A stretch of DNA of 64,000 bases, from NCBI GenBank assembly GCA_043228905.1, contig JBHGNT010000025.1, positions 372,001-436,000 of the forward strand, read 5' to 3'. The position numbers and the translations under genes are program-made. Shown in pieces: positions 37,411 to 50,639 of this stretch. Below the pieces are notes generated by a model. It saw nothing but the letters and a program-made list of their open reading frames with translations. It searched no databases and was not told where the DNA came from. Positions within the stretch are counted from its first letter, which is position 1, and each line of letters opens with the position of its first letter. Source of the stretch: Azolla caroliniana. Its lineage: Eukaryota; Plantae; Polypodiophyta.

Positions 37411-40400
37411 ATGTTCATACCTCGCTCGTGTGATATCGGATTTTTGTGTTCAAACATGCGAATCAAGCTAACAACGCTAGCTATTATATGGAACTAAAAA
37501 ATCAAGATTTTGAAACTCAGGTCGAGAGATATGAAGAAATTAGCAATCTTGAGGAGGGAGTTGAGAGGAGCCCTTGAGTACATTAAAATGTTCATACCTG
37601 GCACGTGTGATATCGGATTTTTGTGTTGAAACATGCGAATCGAAGCTAACAACACTAGCTATGACATGGTATTAAAAAATCAAGATTTTGAAACTCAGGT
37701 CGAGAGACATGACGAAATTACCTAATTTGAGGAGTGAGTTGAGACGACCTAGTAGGTAAATTAAAATGTTCATACCTCGCTCGTGTGATATCGGATTTTT
37801 GTGTTCAAACATGCGAATCAAGCTAACAACGCTAGCTATTATATGGAACTAAAAAATCAAGATTTTGAAACTCAGGTCGAGAGATATGAAGAAATTAGCA
37901 ATCTTGAGGAGGGAGTTGAGAGGAGCCCTTGAGTACATTAAAATGTTCATACCTGGCTCGTGTGATATCGGATTTTTGTGTTCAAACATGCGAATCAAGC
38001 TAACAACGCTAGCTATTATATGGAACTAAAAAATCAAGATTTTGAAACTCAGGTCGAGAGATATGAAGAAATTAGCAATCTTGAGGAGGGAGTTGAGAGG
38101 AGCCTGGCTCGTGTGATACCTGGCTCGTGTGATATCGGATTTTTGTGTTCAAACATGTGAATCGCAGCTAACAATGCTAGCTATGACATGGTATTAAGAA
38201 ATCAAGATTTTGAAACTCAGGTCGAGAGATATTACGAAATTACCTACTTTGAGGAGGGAGTTGAGACGACCTAGTAGGTAAATTAAAATGTTCATACCTG
38301 GCTCGTGTGATATCGGATTTTTGTGTTCAAACATGCGAATCAAAGCTAACAACGCTAGCTATGATATGGAACTAAAAAATCAAGATTTTGAAACTCAGGT
38401 CGAGAGATATGAAGAAATTAGCAATCTTGAGGAGGGAGTTGAGAGGAGCCCTTGAGTACATTAAAATGTTCATACCTGGCACGTGTGATATCGGATTTTT
38501 GTGTTGAAACATGCGAATCGAAGCTAACAACACTAGCTATGACATGGTATTAAAAAATCAAGATTTTGAAACTCAGGTCGAGAGACATGACGAAATTACC
38601 TAATTTGAGGAGTGAGTTGAGACGACCTAGTAGGTAAATTAAAATGTTCATACCTCGCTCGTGTGATATCGGATTTTTGTGTTCAAACATGCGAATCAAG
38701 CTAACAACGCTAGCTATTATATGGAACTAAAAAGTCAAGATTTTGAAACTCAGGTCGAGAGATATGAAGAAATTAGCAATCTTGAGGAGGGAGTTGAGAG
38801 GAGCCCTTGAGTACATTAAAATGTTCATACCTGGCTCGTGTGATATCGGATTTTTGTGTTCAAACATGCGAATCGAAGCTAACAATGCTAGCTATTATAT
38901 GGAACTAAAAAATCAAGATTTTGAAACTCAGGTCTAGAGATATGAAGAAATTAGCAATCTTGAGGAGGGAGTTGAGAGGAGCCCTTGAGTACATTAAAAT
39001 GTTCATACCTGGCGCGTGTGATATCGGATTTTTGTGTTCAAACATGCGAATCGAAGCTAACAACGCTAGCTATTATATGGAACTAAAAAATCAAGATTTT
39101 GAAACTCAGGTCGAGAGATATGAATAAATTAGCAATGTTGAGGAGGGAGTTGAGAGGAGCCCTTGAGTACATTAAAATGTTCATACCTGGCTCGTGTGAT
39201 ATCGGATTTTTGTGTTCAAACATTTGAATCGAAGCTAACAACGCTAGCTATTCTATGGAACTAAAAAATCAAGATTTTGAAACTCAGGTCGAGAGATATG
39301 AAGGAATTAGCAATCTTGAGGAGGGAGTTGAGAGGAGCCCTTGAGTACATTAAAATGTTCATACCTGGCGCGTGTGATATCGGATTTTTGTGTTCAAACA
39401 TGCGAATCGAAGCTAACAACGCTAGCTATTATATGGAACTAAAAAATCAAGATTTTGAAACTCAGGTCGAGAGATATGAAGAAATTAGCAATCGTGAGGA
39501 GGGAGTTGAGAGGAGCCCTTGAGTATATTAAAATGTTTATAACTGGCTCGTGTGATATCGGATTTTTGTGTTCAAACATGCGAATCGAAGCTAACAACGC
39601 TAGCTATGACATGGTATTAAAAAATCAAGATTTTGAAACTCAGGTGGAGAGACATGACGAAATTACCTAGTTTGAGGAGTGAGTTGAGAGGAGCCCTTGA
39701 GTACATTAAAATGTTCATACCTGGCTCGTGTGATATCGGATTTTTGTGTTCAAACATGCGAATCGAAGCTAACAATGCTAGCTATTATATGGAACTAAAA
39801 AATCAAGATTTTGAAACTCAGGTCGAGAGATATGAAGAAATTAGCAATCTTGAGGAGGGAGTTGAGAGGAGCCCTTGAGTACATTAAAATGTTCATACCT
39901 GGCGCGTGTGATATCCGATTTTTGTGTTCAAACATGCGAATCGAAGCTAACAATGCTAGCTACTATATGGAACTAAAAAATCAAGATTTTGAAACTCAGG
40001 TCGAGAGATATGACGAAATTACCTAATTTGAGGAGTGAGTTGAGACGACCTAGTAGGTAAATTAAAATGTTCATACCTGGCTCGTGTGATATCGGATTTT
40101 TGTGTTCAAACATGCGAATCAAGCTAACAACGCTAGCTATTATATGGAACTAAAAAATCAAGATTTTGAAACTCAGGTCGAGAAATATGAAGAAATTAGC
40201 AATCTTGAGGAGGGAGTTGAGAGGAGCCCTTGAGTAAATTAAAATGTTCATACCTGGCTCGTGTGATATCGGATTTTTGTGTTCAAACATGCGAATCGAA
40301 GCTCACAACGCTAGCTATGATATGGTATTAAAAAATCATGATTTTGAAATTGAGGTCGAGAGACATGAAGAAATTAGCAATCTTGAGGAGGAAGTTGAAA

Positions 40401-43400
40401 GGAGCCCTTCAGTAAATTAAAATGTTCATACCTGGCGCGTGTGATATCGGATTTTTGTGTTCAAACATGCGAATCGAAGCTAACAACGGTAGCTATGATA
40501 TGGAACTAAAAAATCAAGATTTTGAAACTCAGGTCGAGAGATATGAAGAAATTAGCAATCTTGAGGAGGGAGTTGAGAGGAGCCCTTGAGTATATTAAAA
40601 TGTTTATACCTGGCTCGTGTGATATCGGATTTTTGTGTTCAAACATGCGAATCGAAGCTAACAACGCTAGCTATGACATGGTATTAAAAAATCAAGAGTT
40701 TGAAACTCAGGTGGAGAGACATGACGAAATTACCTAATTTGAGGAGTGAGTTCGGAGGAGCCCTTGAGTACATTAAAATGTTCATACCTGGCTCGTGTGA
40801 TATCGGATTTTTGTGTTCAAACATGCGAATCGAAGCTAACAATGCTAGCTATTATATGGAACTAAAAAATCAAGATTTTGAAACTCAGGTCGAGAGATAT
40901 GAAGAAATTAGCAATCTTGAGGAGGGAGTTGAGAGGAGCCCTTGAGTACATTAAAATGTTCATACCTGGCGCGTGTGATATCGGATTTTTGTGTTTAAAC
41001 ATGCGAATCGAAGCTAACAACGCTAGCTATGACATGGTATTAAAAAATCAAGAGTTTGAAACTCAGGTGGAGAGACATGACGAAATTACCTAATTTGAGG
41101 AGTGAGTTGAGACGACCTAGTAGGTAAATTAAAATGTTCATACCTCGCTCGTGTGATATCGGATTTTTGTGTTCAAACATGCGAATCAAGCTAACAACGC
41201 TAGCTATTATATGGAACTAAAAAATCAAGATTTTGAAACTCAGGTCGAGAGATATGAAGAAATTAGCAATCTTGAGGAGGGAGTTGAGAGGAGCCTGGCT
41301 CGTGTGATACCTGGCTCGTGTGATATCGGATTTTTGTGTTCAAACATGTGAATCGCAGCTAACAATGCTAGCTATGACATGGTATTAAGAAATCAAGATT
41401 TTGAAACTCAGGTCGAGAGATATTACGAAATTACCTACTTTGAGGAGGGAGTTGAGACGACCTAGTAGGTAAATTAAAATGTTCATACCTGGCTCGTGTG
41501 ATATCGGATTTTTGTGTTCAAACATGCGAATCAAAGCTAACAACGCTAGCTATGATATGGAACTAAAAAATCAAGATTTTGAAACTCAGGTCGAGAGATA
41601 TGAAGAAATTAGCAATCTTGAGGAGGGAGTTGAGAGGAGCCCTTGAGTACATTAAAATGTTCATACCTGGCTCGTGTGATATCGGATTTTTGTGTTTAAA
41701 CATGCGAATCGAAGCTAACAACGCTAGCTATGACATGGTATTAAAAAATCAAGATTTTGAAACTCAGGTCGAGAGACATGACGAAATTACCTAATTTGAG
41801 GAGTGAGTTGAGACGACCTAGTAGGTAAATTAAAATGTTCATACCTCGCTCGTGTGATATCGGATTTTTGTGTTCAAACATGCGAATCAAGCTAACAACG
41901 CTAGCTACTATATGGAACTAAAAAATCAAGATTTTGAAACTCAGGTCGAGAGATATGAAGAAATTAGCAATCTTGAGGAGGGAGTTGAGAGGAGCCCTTG
42001 AGTACATTAAAATGTTCATACCTGGCACGTGTGATATCGGATTTTTGTGTTGAAACATGCGAATCGAAGCTAACAACACTAGCTATGACATGGTATTAAA
42101 AAATCAAGATTTTGAAACTCAGGTCGAGAGACATGACGAAATTACCTAATTTGAGGAGTGAGTTGAGACGACCTAGTAGGTAAATTAAAATGTTCATACC
42201 TCGCTCGTGTGATATCGGATTTTTGTGTTCAAACATGCGAATCAAGCTAACAACGCTAGCTATTATATGGAACTAAAAAATCAAGATTTTGAAACTCAGG
42301 TCGAGAGATATGAAGAAATTAGCAATCTTGAGGAGGGAGTTGAGAGGAGCCCTTGAGTACATTAAAATGTTCATACCTGGCACGTGTGATATCGGATTTT
42401 TGTGTTGAAACATGCGAATCGAAGCTAACAACACTAGCTATGACATGGTATTAAAAAATCAAGATTTTGAAACTCAGGTCGAGAGACATGACGAAATTAC
42501 CTAATTTGAGGAGTGAGTTGAGACGACCTAGTAGGTAAATTAAAATGTTCATACCTCGCTCGTGTGATATCGGATTTTTGTGTTCAAACATGCGAATCAA
42601 GCTAACAACGCTAGCTATTATATGGAACTAAAAAATCAAGATTTTGAAACTCAGGTCGAGAGATATGAAGAAATTAGCAATCTTGAGGAGGGAGTTGAGA
42701 GGAGCCCTTGAGTACATTAAAATGTTCATACCTGGCTCGTGTGATATCGGATTTTTGTGTTCAAACATGCGAATCAAGCTAACAACGCTAGCTATTATAT
42801 GGAACTAAAAAATCAAGATTTTGAAACTCAGGTCGAGAGATATGAAGAAATTAGCAATCTTGAGGAGGGAGTTGAGAGGAGCCTGGCTCGTGTGATACCT
42901 GGCTCGTGTGATATCGGATTTTTGTGTTCAAACATGTGAATCGCAGCTAACAATGCTAGCTATGACATGGTATTAAGAAATCAAGATTTTGAAACTCAGG
43001 TCGAGAGATATTACGAAATTACCTACTTTGAGGAGGGAGTTGAGACGACCTAGTAGGTAAATTAAAATGTTCATACCTGGCTCGTGTGATATCGGATTTT
43101 TGTGTTCAAACATGCGAATCAAAGCTAACAACGCTAGCTATGATATGGAACTAAAAAATCAAGATTTTGAAACTCAGGTCGAGAGATATGAAGAAATTAG
43201 CAATCTTGAGGAGGGAGTTGAGAGGAGCCCTTGAGTACATTAAAATGTTCATACCTGGCACGTGTGATATCGGATTTTTGTGTTGAAACATGCGAATCGA
43301 AGCTAACAACACTAGCTATGACATGGTATTAAAAAATCAAGATTTTGAAACTCAGGTCGAGAGACATGACGAAATTACCTAATTTGAGGAGTGAGTTGAG

Positions 43401-46332
43401 ACGACCTAGTAGGTAAATTAAAATGTTCATACCTCGCTCGTGTGATATCGGATTTTTGTGTTCAAACATGCGAATCAAGCTAACAACGCTAGCTATTATA
43501 TGGAACTAAAAAATCAAGATTTTGAAACTCAGGTCGAGAGATATGAAGAAATTAGCAATCTTGAGGAGGGAGTTGAGAGGAGCCCTTGAGTACATTAAAA
43601 TGTTCATACCTGGCTCGTGTGATATCGGATTTTTGTGTTCAAACATGCGAATCGAAGCTAACAATGCTAGCTATTATATGGAACTAAAAAATCAAGATTT
43701 TGAAACTCAGGTCTAGAGATATGAAGAAATTAGCAATCTTGAGGAGGGAGTTGAGAGGAGCCCTTGAGTACATTAAAATGTTCATACCTGGCGCGTGTGA
43801 TATCGGATTTTTGTGTTCAAACATGCGAATCGAAGCTAACAACGCTAGCTATTATATGGAACTAAAAAATCAAGATTTTGAAACTCAGGTCGAGAGATAT
43901 GAATAAATTAGCAATCTTGAGGAGGGAGTTGAGAGGAGCCCTTGAGTACATTAAAATGTTCATACCTGGCTCGTGTGATATCGGATTTTTGTGTTCAAAC
44001 ATTTGAATCGAAGCTAACAACGCTAGCTATTCTATGGAACTAAAAAATCAAGATTTTGAAACTCAGGTCGAGAGATATGAAGGAATTAGCAATCTTGAGG
44101 AGGGAGTTGAGAGGAGCCCTTGAGTACATTAAAATGTTCATACCTGGCGCGTGTGATATCGGATTTTTGTGTTCAAACATGCGAATCGAAGCTAACAACG
44201 CTAGCTATTATATGGAACTAAAAAATCAAGATTTTGAAACTCAGGTCGAGAGATATGAAGAAATTAGCAATCGTGAGGAGGGAGTTGAGAGGAGCCCTTG
44301 AGTATATTAAAATGTTTATAACTGGCTCGTGTGATATCGGATTTTTGTGTTCAAACATGCGAATCGAAGCTAACAACGCTAGCTATGACATGGTATTAAA
44401 AAATCAAGATTTTGAAACTCAGGTGGAGAGACATGACGAAATTACCTAGTTTGAGGAGTGAGTTGAGAGGAGCCCTTGAGTACATTAAAATGTTCATACC
44501 TGGCTCGTGTGATATCGGATTTTTGTGTTCAAACATGCGAATCGAAGCTAACAATGCTAGCTATTATATGGAACTAAAAAATCAAGATTTTGAAACTCAG
44601 GTCGAGAGATATGAAGAAATTAGCAATCTTGAGGAGGGAGTTGAGAGGAGCCCTTGAGTACATTAAAATGTTCATACCTGGCGCGTGTGATATCCGATTT
44701 TTGTGTTCAAACATGCGAATCGAAGCTAACAATGCTAGCTACTATATGGAACTAAAAAATCAAGATTTTGAAACTCAGGTCGAGAGATATGACGAAATTA
44801 CCTAATTTGAGGAGTGAGTTGAGACGACCTAGTAGGTAAATTAAAATGTTCATACCTGGCTCGTGTGATATCGGATTTTTGTGTTCAAACATGCGAATCA
44901 AGCTAACAACGCTAGCTATTATATGGAACTAAAAAATCAAGATTTTGAAACTCAGGTCGAGAAATATGAAGAAATTAGCAATCTTGAGGAGGGAGTTGAG
45001 AGGAGCCCTTGAGTAAATAAAAATGTTCATACCTGGCTCGTGTGATATCGGATTTTTGTGTTCAAACATGCGAATCGAAGCTCACAACGCTAGCTATGAT
45101 ATGGTATTAAAAAATCATGATTTTGAAATTGAGGTCGAGAGACATGAAGAAATTATCAATCTTGAGGAGGAAGTTGAAAGGAGCCCTTCAGTAAATTAAA
45201 ATGTTCATACCTGGAGCGTGTGATATCGGATTTTTGTGTTCAAACATGCGAATCGAAGCTAACAACGGTAGCTATGATATGGAACTAAAAAATCAAGATT
45301 TTGAAACTCAGGTCGAGAGACATGAAGAAATTAGCAATCTTGAGGAGGGAGTTGAGAGGAGCCCTTGAGTATATTAAAATGTTTATACCTGGCTCGTGTG
45401 ATATCGGATTTTTGTGTTCAAACATGCGAATCGAAGCTAACAACGCTAGCTATGACATGGTATTAAAAAATCAAGAGTTTGAAACTCAGGTGGAGAGACA
45501 TGACGAAATTACCTAATTTGAGGAGTGAGTTCGGAGGAGCCCTTGAGTACATTAAAATGTTCATACCTGGCTCGTGTGATATCGGATTTTTGTGTTCAAA
45601 CATGCGAATCGAAGCTAACAATGCTAGCTATTATATGGAACTAAAAAATCAAGATTTTGAAACTCAGGTCGAGAGATATGAAGAAATTAGCAATCTTGAG
45701 GAGGGAGTTGAGAGGAGCCCTTGAGTACATTAAAATGTTCATACCTGGCGCGTGTGATATCGGATTTTTGTGTTTAAACATGCGAATCGAAGCTAACAAC
45801 GCTAGCTATGACACGGTATTAAAAAATCAAGATTTTGAAACTCAGGTCGAGAGACATGACGAAATTACCTAATTTGAGGAGTGAGTTGAGACGACCTAGT
45901 AGGTAAATTAAAATGTTCATACCTCGCTCGTGTGATATCGGATTTTTGTGTTCAAACATGCGAATCAAGCTAACAACGCTAGCTATTATATGGAACTAAA
46001 AAATCAAGATTTTGAAACTCAGGTCGAGAGATATGAAGAAATTAGCAATCTTGAGGAGGGAGTTGAGAGGAGCCTGGCTCGTGTGATACCTGGCTCGTGT
46101 GATATCGGATTTTTGTGTTCAAACATGTGAATCGCAGCTAACAATGCTAGCTATGACATGGTATTAAGAAATCAAGATTTTGAAACTCAGGTCGAGAGAT
46201 ATTACGAAATTACCTACTTTGAGGAGGGAGTTGAGACGACCTAGTAGGTAAATTAAAATGTTCATACCTGGCTCGTGTGATATCGGATTTTTGTGTTCAA
46301 ACATGCGAATCAAAGCTAACAACGCTAGCTAT
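36410..46332. repeat. 27-monomer tandem duplication (period 4779 bp)
   Basis: ORF starts 36800/41579, 38743/43522, 39455/44234, 41169/45948. Private SNPs present exactly twice (ggtctagaga, tgaataaatt, catttgaatc, aaggaattag, aatcgtgagg, ataactggc, cctagtttg). Confidence 0.93.
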
Positions 46333-49300
46333 TATATGGAACTAAAAAATCAAGATTTTGAAACTCAGGTCGAGAGATATGAAGAAATTAGCAATCTTGA
46401 GGAGGGAGTTGAGAGGAGCCTGGCTCGTGTGATACCTGGCTCGTGTGATATCGGATTTTTGTGTTCAAACATGTGAATCGCAGCTAACAATGCTAGCTAT
46501 GACATGGTATTAAGAAATCAAGATTTTGAAACTCAGGTCGAGAGATATTACGAAATTACCTACTTTGAGGAGGGAGTTGAGACGCCCTAGTAGGTAAATT
46601 AAAATGTTCATACCTGGCTCGTGTGATATCGGATTTTTGTGTTCAAACATGCGAATCAAAGCTAACAACGCTAGCTATGATATGGAACTAAAAAATCAAG
46701 ATTTTGAAACTCAGGTCGAGAGATATGAAGAAATTAGCAATCTTGAGGAGGGAGTTGAGAGGAGCCCTTGAGTACATTAAAATGTTCATACCTGGCTCGT
46801 GTGATATCGGATTTTTGTGTTTAAACATGCGAATCGAAGCTAACAACGCTAGCTATGACATGGTATTAAAAAATCAAGATTTTGAAACTCAGGTCGAGAG
46901 ACATGACGAAATTACCTAATTTGAGGAGTGAGTTGAGACGACCTAGTAGGTAAATTAAAATGTTCATACCTCGCTCGTGTGATATCGGATTTTTGTGTTC
47001 AAACATGCGAATCAAGCTAACAACGCTAGCTATTATATGGAACTAAAAAATCAAGATTTTGAAACTCAGGTCGAGAGATATGAAGAAATTAGCAATCTTG
47101 AGGAGGGAGTTGAGAGGAGCCCTTGAGTACATTAAAATGTTCATACCTGGCACGTGTGATATCGGATTTTTGTGTTGAAACATGCGAATCGAAGCTAACA
47201 ACACTAGCTATGACATGGTATTAAAAAATCAAGATTTTGAAACTCAGGTCGAGAGACATGACGAAATTACCTAATTTGAGGAGTGAGTTGAGACGACCTA
47301 GTAGGTAAATTAAAATGTTCATACCTCGCTCGTGTGATATCGGATTTTTGTGTTCAAACATGCGAATCAAGCTAACAACGCTAGCTATTATATGGAACTA
47401 AAAAATCAAGATTTTGAAACTCAGGTCGAGAGATATGAAGAAATTAGCAATCTTGAGGAGGGAGTTGAGAGGAGCCTGGCTCGTGTGATACCTGGCTCGT
47501 GTGATATCGGATTTTTGTGTTCAAACATGTGAATCGCAGCTAACAATGCTAGCTATGACATGGTATTAAGAAATCAAGATTTTGAAACTCAGGTCGAGAG
47601 ATATTACGAAATTACCTACTTTGAGGAGGGAGTTGAGACGACCTAGTAGGTAAATTAAAATGTTCATACCTGGCTCGTGTGATATCGGATTTTTGTGTTC
47701 AAACATGCGAATCAAAGCTAACAACGCTAGCTATGATATGGAACTAAAAAATCAAGATTTTGAAACTCAGGTCGAGAGATATGAAGAAATTAGCAATCTT
47801 GAGGAGGGAGTTGAGAGGAGCCCTTGAGTACATTATTATGTTCATACCTGGCTCGTGTGATATCGGATTTTTGTGTTCAAACATGCGAATCGAAGCTAAC
47901 AACGCTAGCTATGACATGGTATTAAAAAATCAAGAGTTTGAAACTCAGGTGGAGAGACATGACGAAATTACCTAATTTGAGGAGTGAGTTGAGAGGAGCC
48001 CTTGAGTACATTAAAATGTTCATACCTGGCTCGTGTGATATCGGATTTTTGTGTTCAAACATGCGAATCGAAGCTAACAATGCTAGCTATTATATGGAAC
48101 TAAAAAATCAAGATTTTGAAACTCAGGTCGAGAGATATGAAGAAATTAGCAATCTTGAGGAGGGAGTTGAGAGGAGCCCTTGAGTACATTAAAATGTTCA
48201 TACCTGGCGCGTGTGATATCGTATTTTTGTGTTCAAACATGCGAATCGAAGCTAACAACACTAGCTATTCTATGGAACTAAAAAATCAAGATTTTGAAAC
48301 TCAGGTCGAGAGACATGACGAAATTACCTAATTTGAGGAGTGAGTTGAGACGACCTAGTAGGTAAATTAAAATGTTCATACCTCGCTCGTGTGATATCGG
48401 ATTTTTGTGTTCAAACATGCGAATCAAGCTAACAACGCTAGCTATTATATGGAACTAAAAAATCAAGATTTTGAAACTCAGGTCGAGAGATATGAAGAAA
48501 TTAGCAATCTTGAGGAGGGAGTTGAGAGGAGCCTGGCTCGTGTGATACCTGGCTCGTGTGATATCGGATTTTTGTGTTCAAACATGTGAATCGCAGCTAA
48601 CAATGCTAGCTATGACATGGTATTAAGAAATCAAGATTTTGAAACTCAGGTCGAGAGATATTACGAAATTACCTACTTTGAGGAGGGAGTTGAGACGACC
48701 TAGTAGGTAAATTAAAATGTTCATACCTGGCTCGTGTGATATCGGATTTTTGTGTTCAAACATGCGAATCAAAGCTAACAACGCTAGCTATGATATGGAA
48801 CTAAAAAATCAAGATTTTGAAACTCAGGTCGAGAGATATGAAGAAATTAGCAATCTTGAGGAGGGAGTTGAGAGGAGCCCTTGAGTACATTATTATGTTC
48901 ATACCTGGCTCGTGTGATATCGGATTTTTGTGTTCAAACATGCGAATCGAAGCTAACAACGCTAGCTATTATATGGAACTAAAAAATCAAGATTTTGAAA
49001 CTCAGGTCGAGAGATATGAAGAAATTAGCAATCTTGAGGAGGGAGTTGAGAGGAGCCCTTGAGTACATTAAAATGTTCATACCTGGCGCGTGTGATATCG
49101 TATTTTTGTGTTCAAACATGCGAATCGAAGCTAACAACACTAGCTATTCTATGGAACTAAAAAATCAAGATTTTGAAACTCAGGTCGGGAGATATGAAGA
49201 AATTAGCAATCTTGAGGAGGGAGTTGAGAGGAGCCCTTGAGTAAATAAAAATGTTCATACCTGGCTCGTGTGATATCGGATTTTTGTGTTCAAACATGCG

Positions 49301-50639
49301 AATCGAAGCTCACAACGCTAGCTATGATATGGTATTAAAAAATCATGATTTTGAAATTGAGGTCGAGAGACATGAAGAAATTAGCAATCTTGAGGAGGGA
49401 GTTGAGAGGAGCCCTTGAGTACATTAAAATGTTCATACCTGGCGCGTGTGATATCCGATTTTTGTGTTCAAACATGCGAATCGAAGCTAACAATGCTAGC
49501 TATTACATGGAACTAAAAAATCAACATTTTGAAACTCAGGTCGAGAGATATGACGAAATTACCTAATTTGAGGAGTGAGTTGAGACGACCTAGTAGGTAA
49601 ATTAAAATGTTCATACCTGGCTCGTGTGATATCGGATTTTTGTGTTCAAACATGCGAATCAAGCTAACAACGCTAGCTATTATATGGAACTAAAAAATCA
49701 AGATTTTGAAACTCAGGTCGAGAGATATGAAGAAATTAGCAATCTTGAGGAGGGAGTTGAGAGGAGCCCTTGAGTAAATAAAAATGTTCATACCTGGCTC
49801 GTGTGATATCGGATTTTTGTGTTCAAATATGCGAATCGAAGCTCACAACGCTAGCTATGATATGGTATTAAAAAATCATGATTTTGAAATTGAGGTCAAG
49901 AGACATGAAGAAATTAGCAATCTTGAGGAGGAAGTTGAAAGGAGCCCTTCAGTAAATTAAAATGTTCATACCTGGCGCGTGTGATATCGGTTTTTTGTGT
50001 TCAAACATGCGAATCGAAGCTAACAACGGTAGCTATGATATGGAACTAAAAAATCAAGATTTTGAAACTCAGGTCGAGAGACATGAAGAAATTAGCAATC
50101 TTGAGGAGGGAGTTGAGAGGAGCCCTTGAGTACATTAAAATGTTCATACCTGGCGCGTGTGATATCGGATTTTTGTGTTCAAACATGCGAATCGAAGCTA
50201 ACAACGCTAGCTATGACATGGTATTAAAAAATCAAGATTTTGAAACTCAGGTCGAGAGATATGAAGAAATTACCTACTTTGAGGAGGGAGTTGAGAGGAG
50301 CCCTTGAGTACATTAAAATGTTCATACCTGGCGTGTGTGATATCCGATTTTTGTGTTCAAACATGCGAATCGAAGCTAACAATGCTAGCTATTATATGGA
50401 ACTAAAAAATCAAGATTTTGAAACTCAGGTCGAGAGATATGACGAAATTACCTAATTTGAGGAGTGAGTTGAGACGACCTAGTAGGTAAATTAAAATGTT
50501 CATACCTGGCTCGTGTGATATCGGATTTTTGTGTTCAAACATGCGAATCAAGCTAACAACGCTAGCTATTATATGGAACTAAAAAATCAAGATTTTGAAA
50601 CTCAGGTCGAGAAATATGAAGAAATTAGCAATCTTGAGG

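Noticed and set aside
40751-40767. CENP-B-box-like start in the gagttcggaggagccc variant
   Set aside because: It has TTCG-NNNN-A but lacks the required CGGG (reads cctt), so it is not a CENP-B box.
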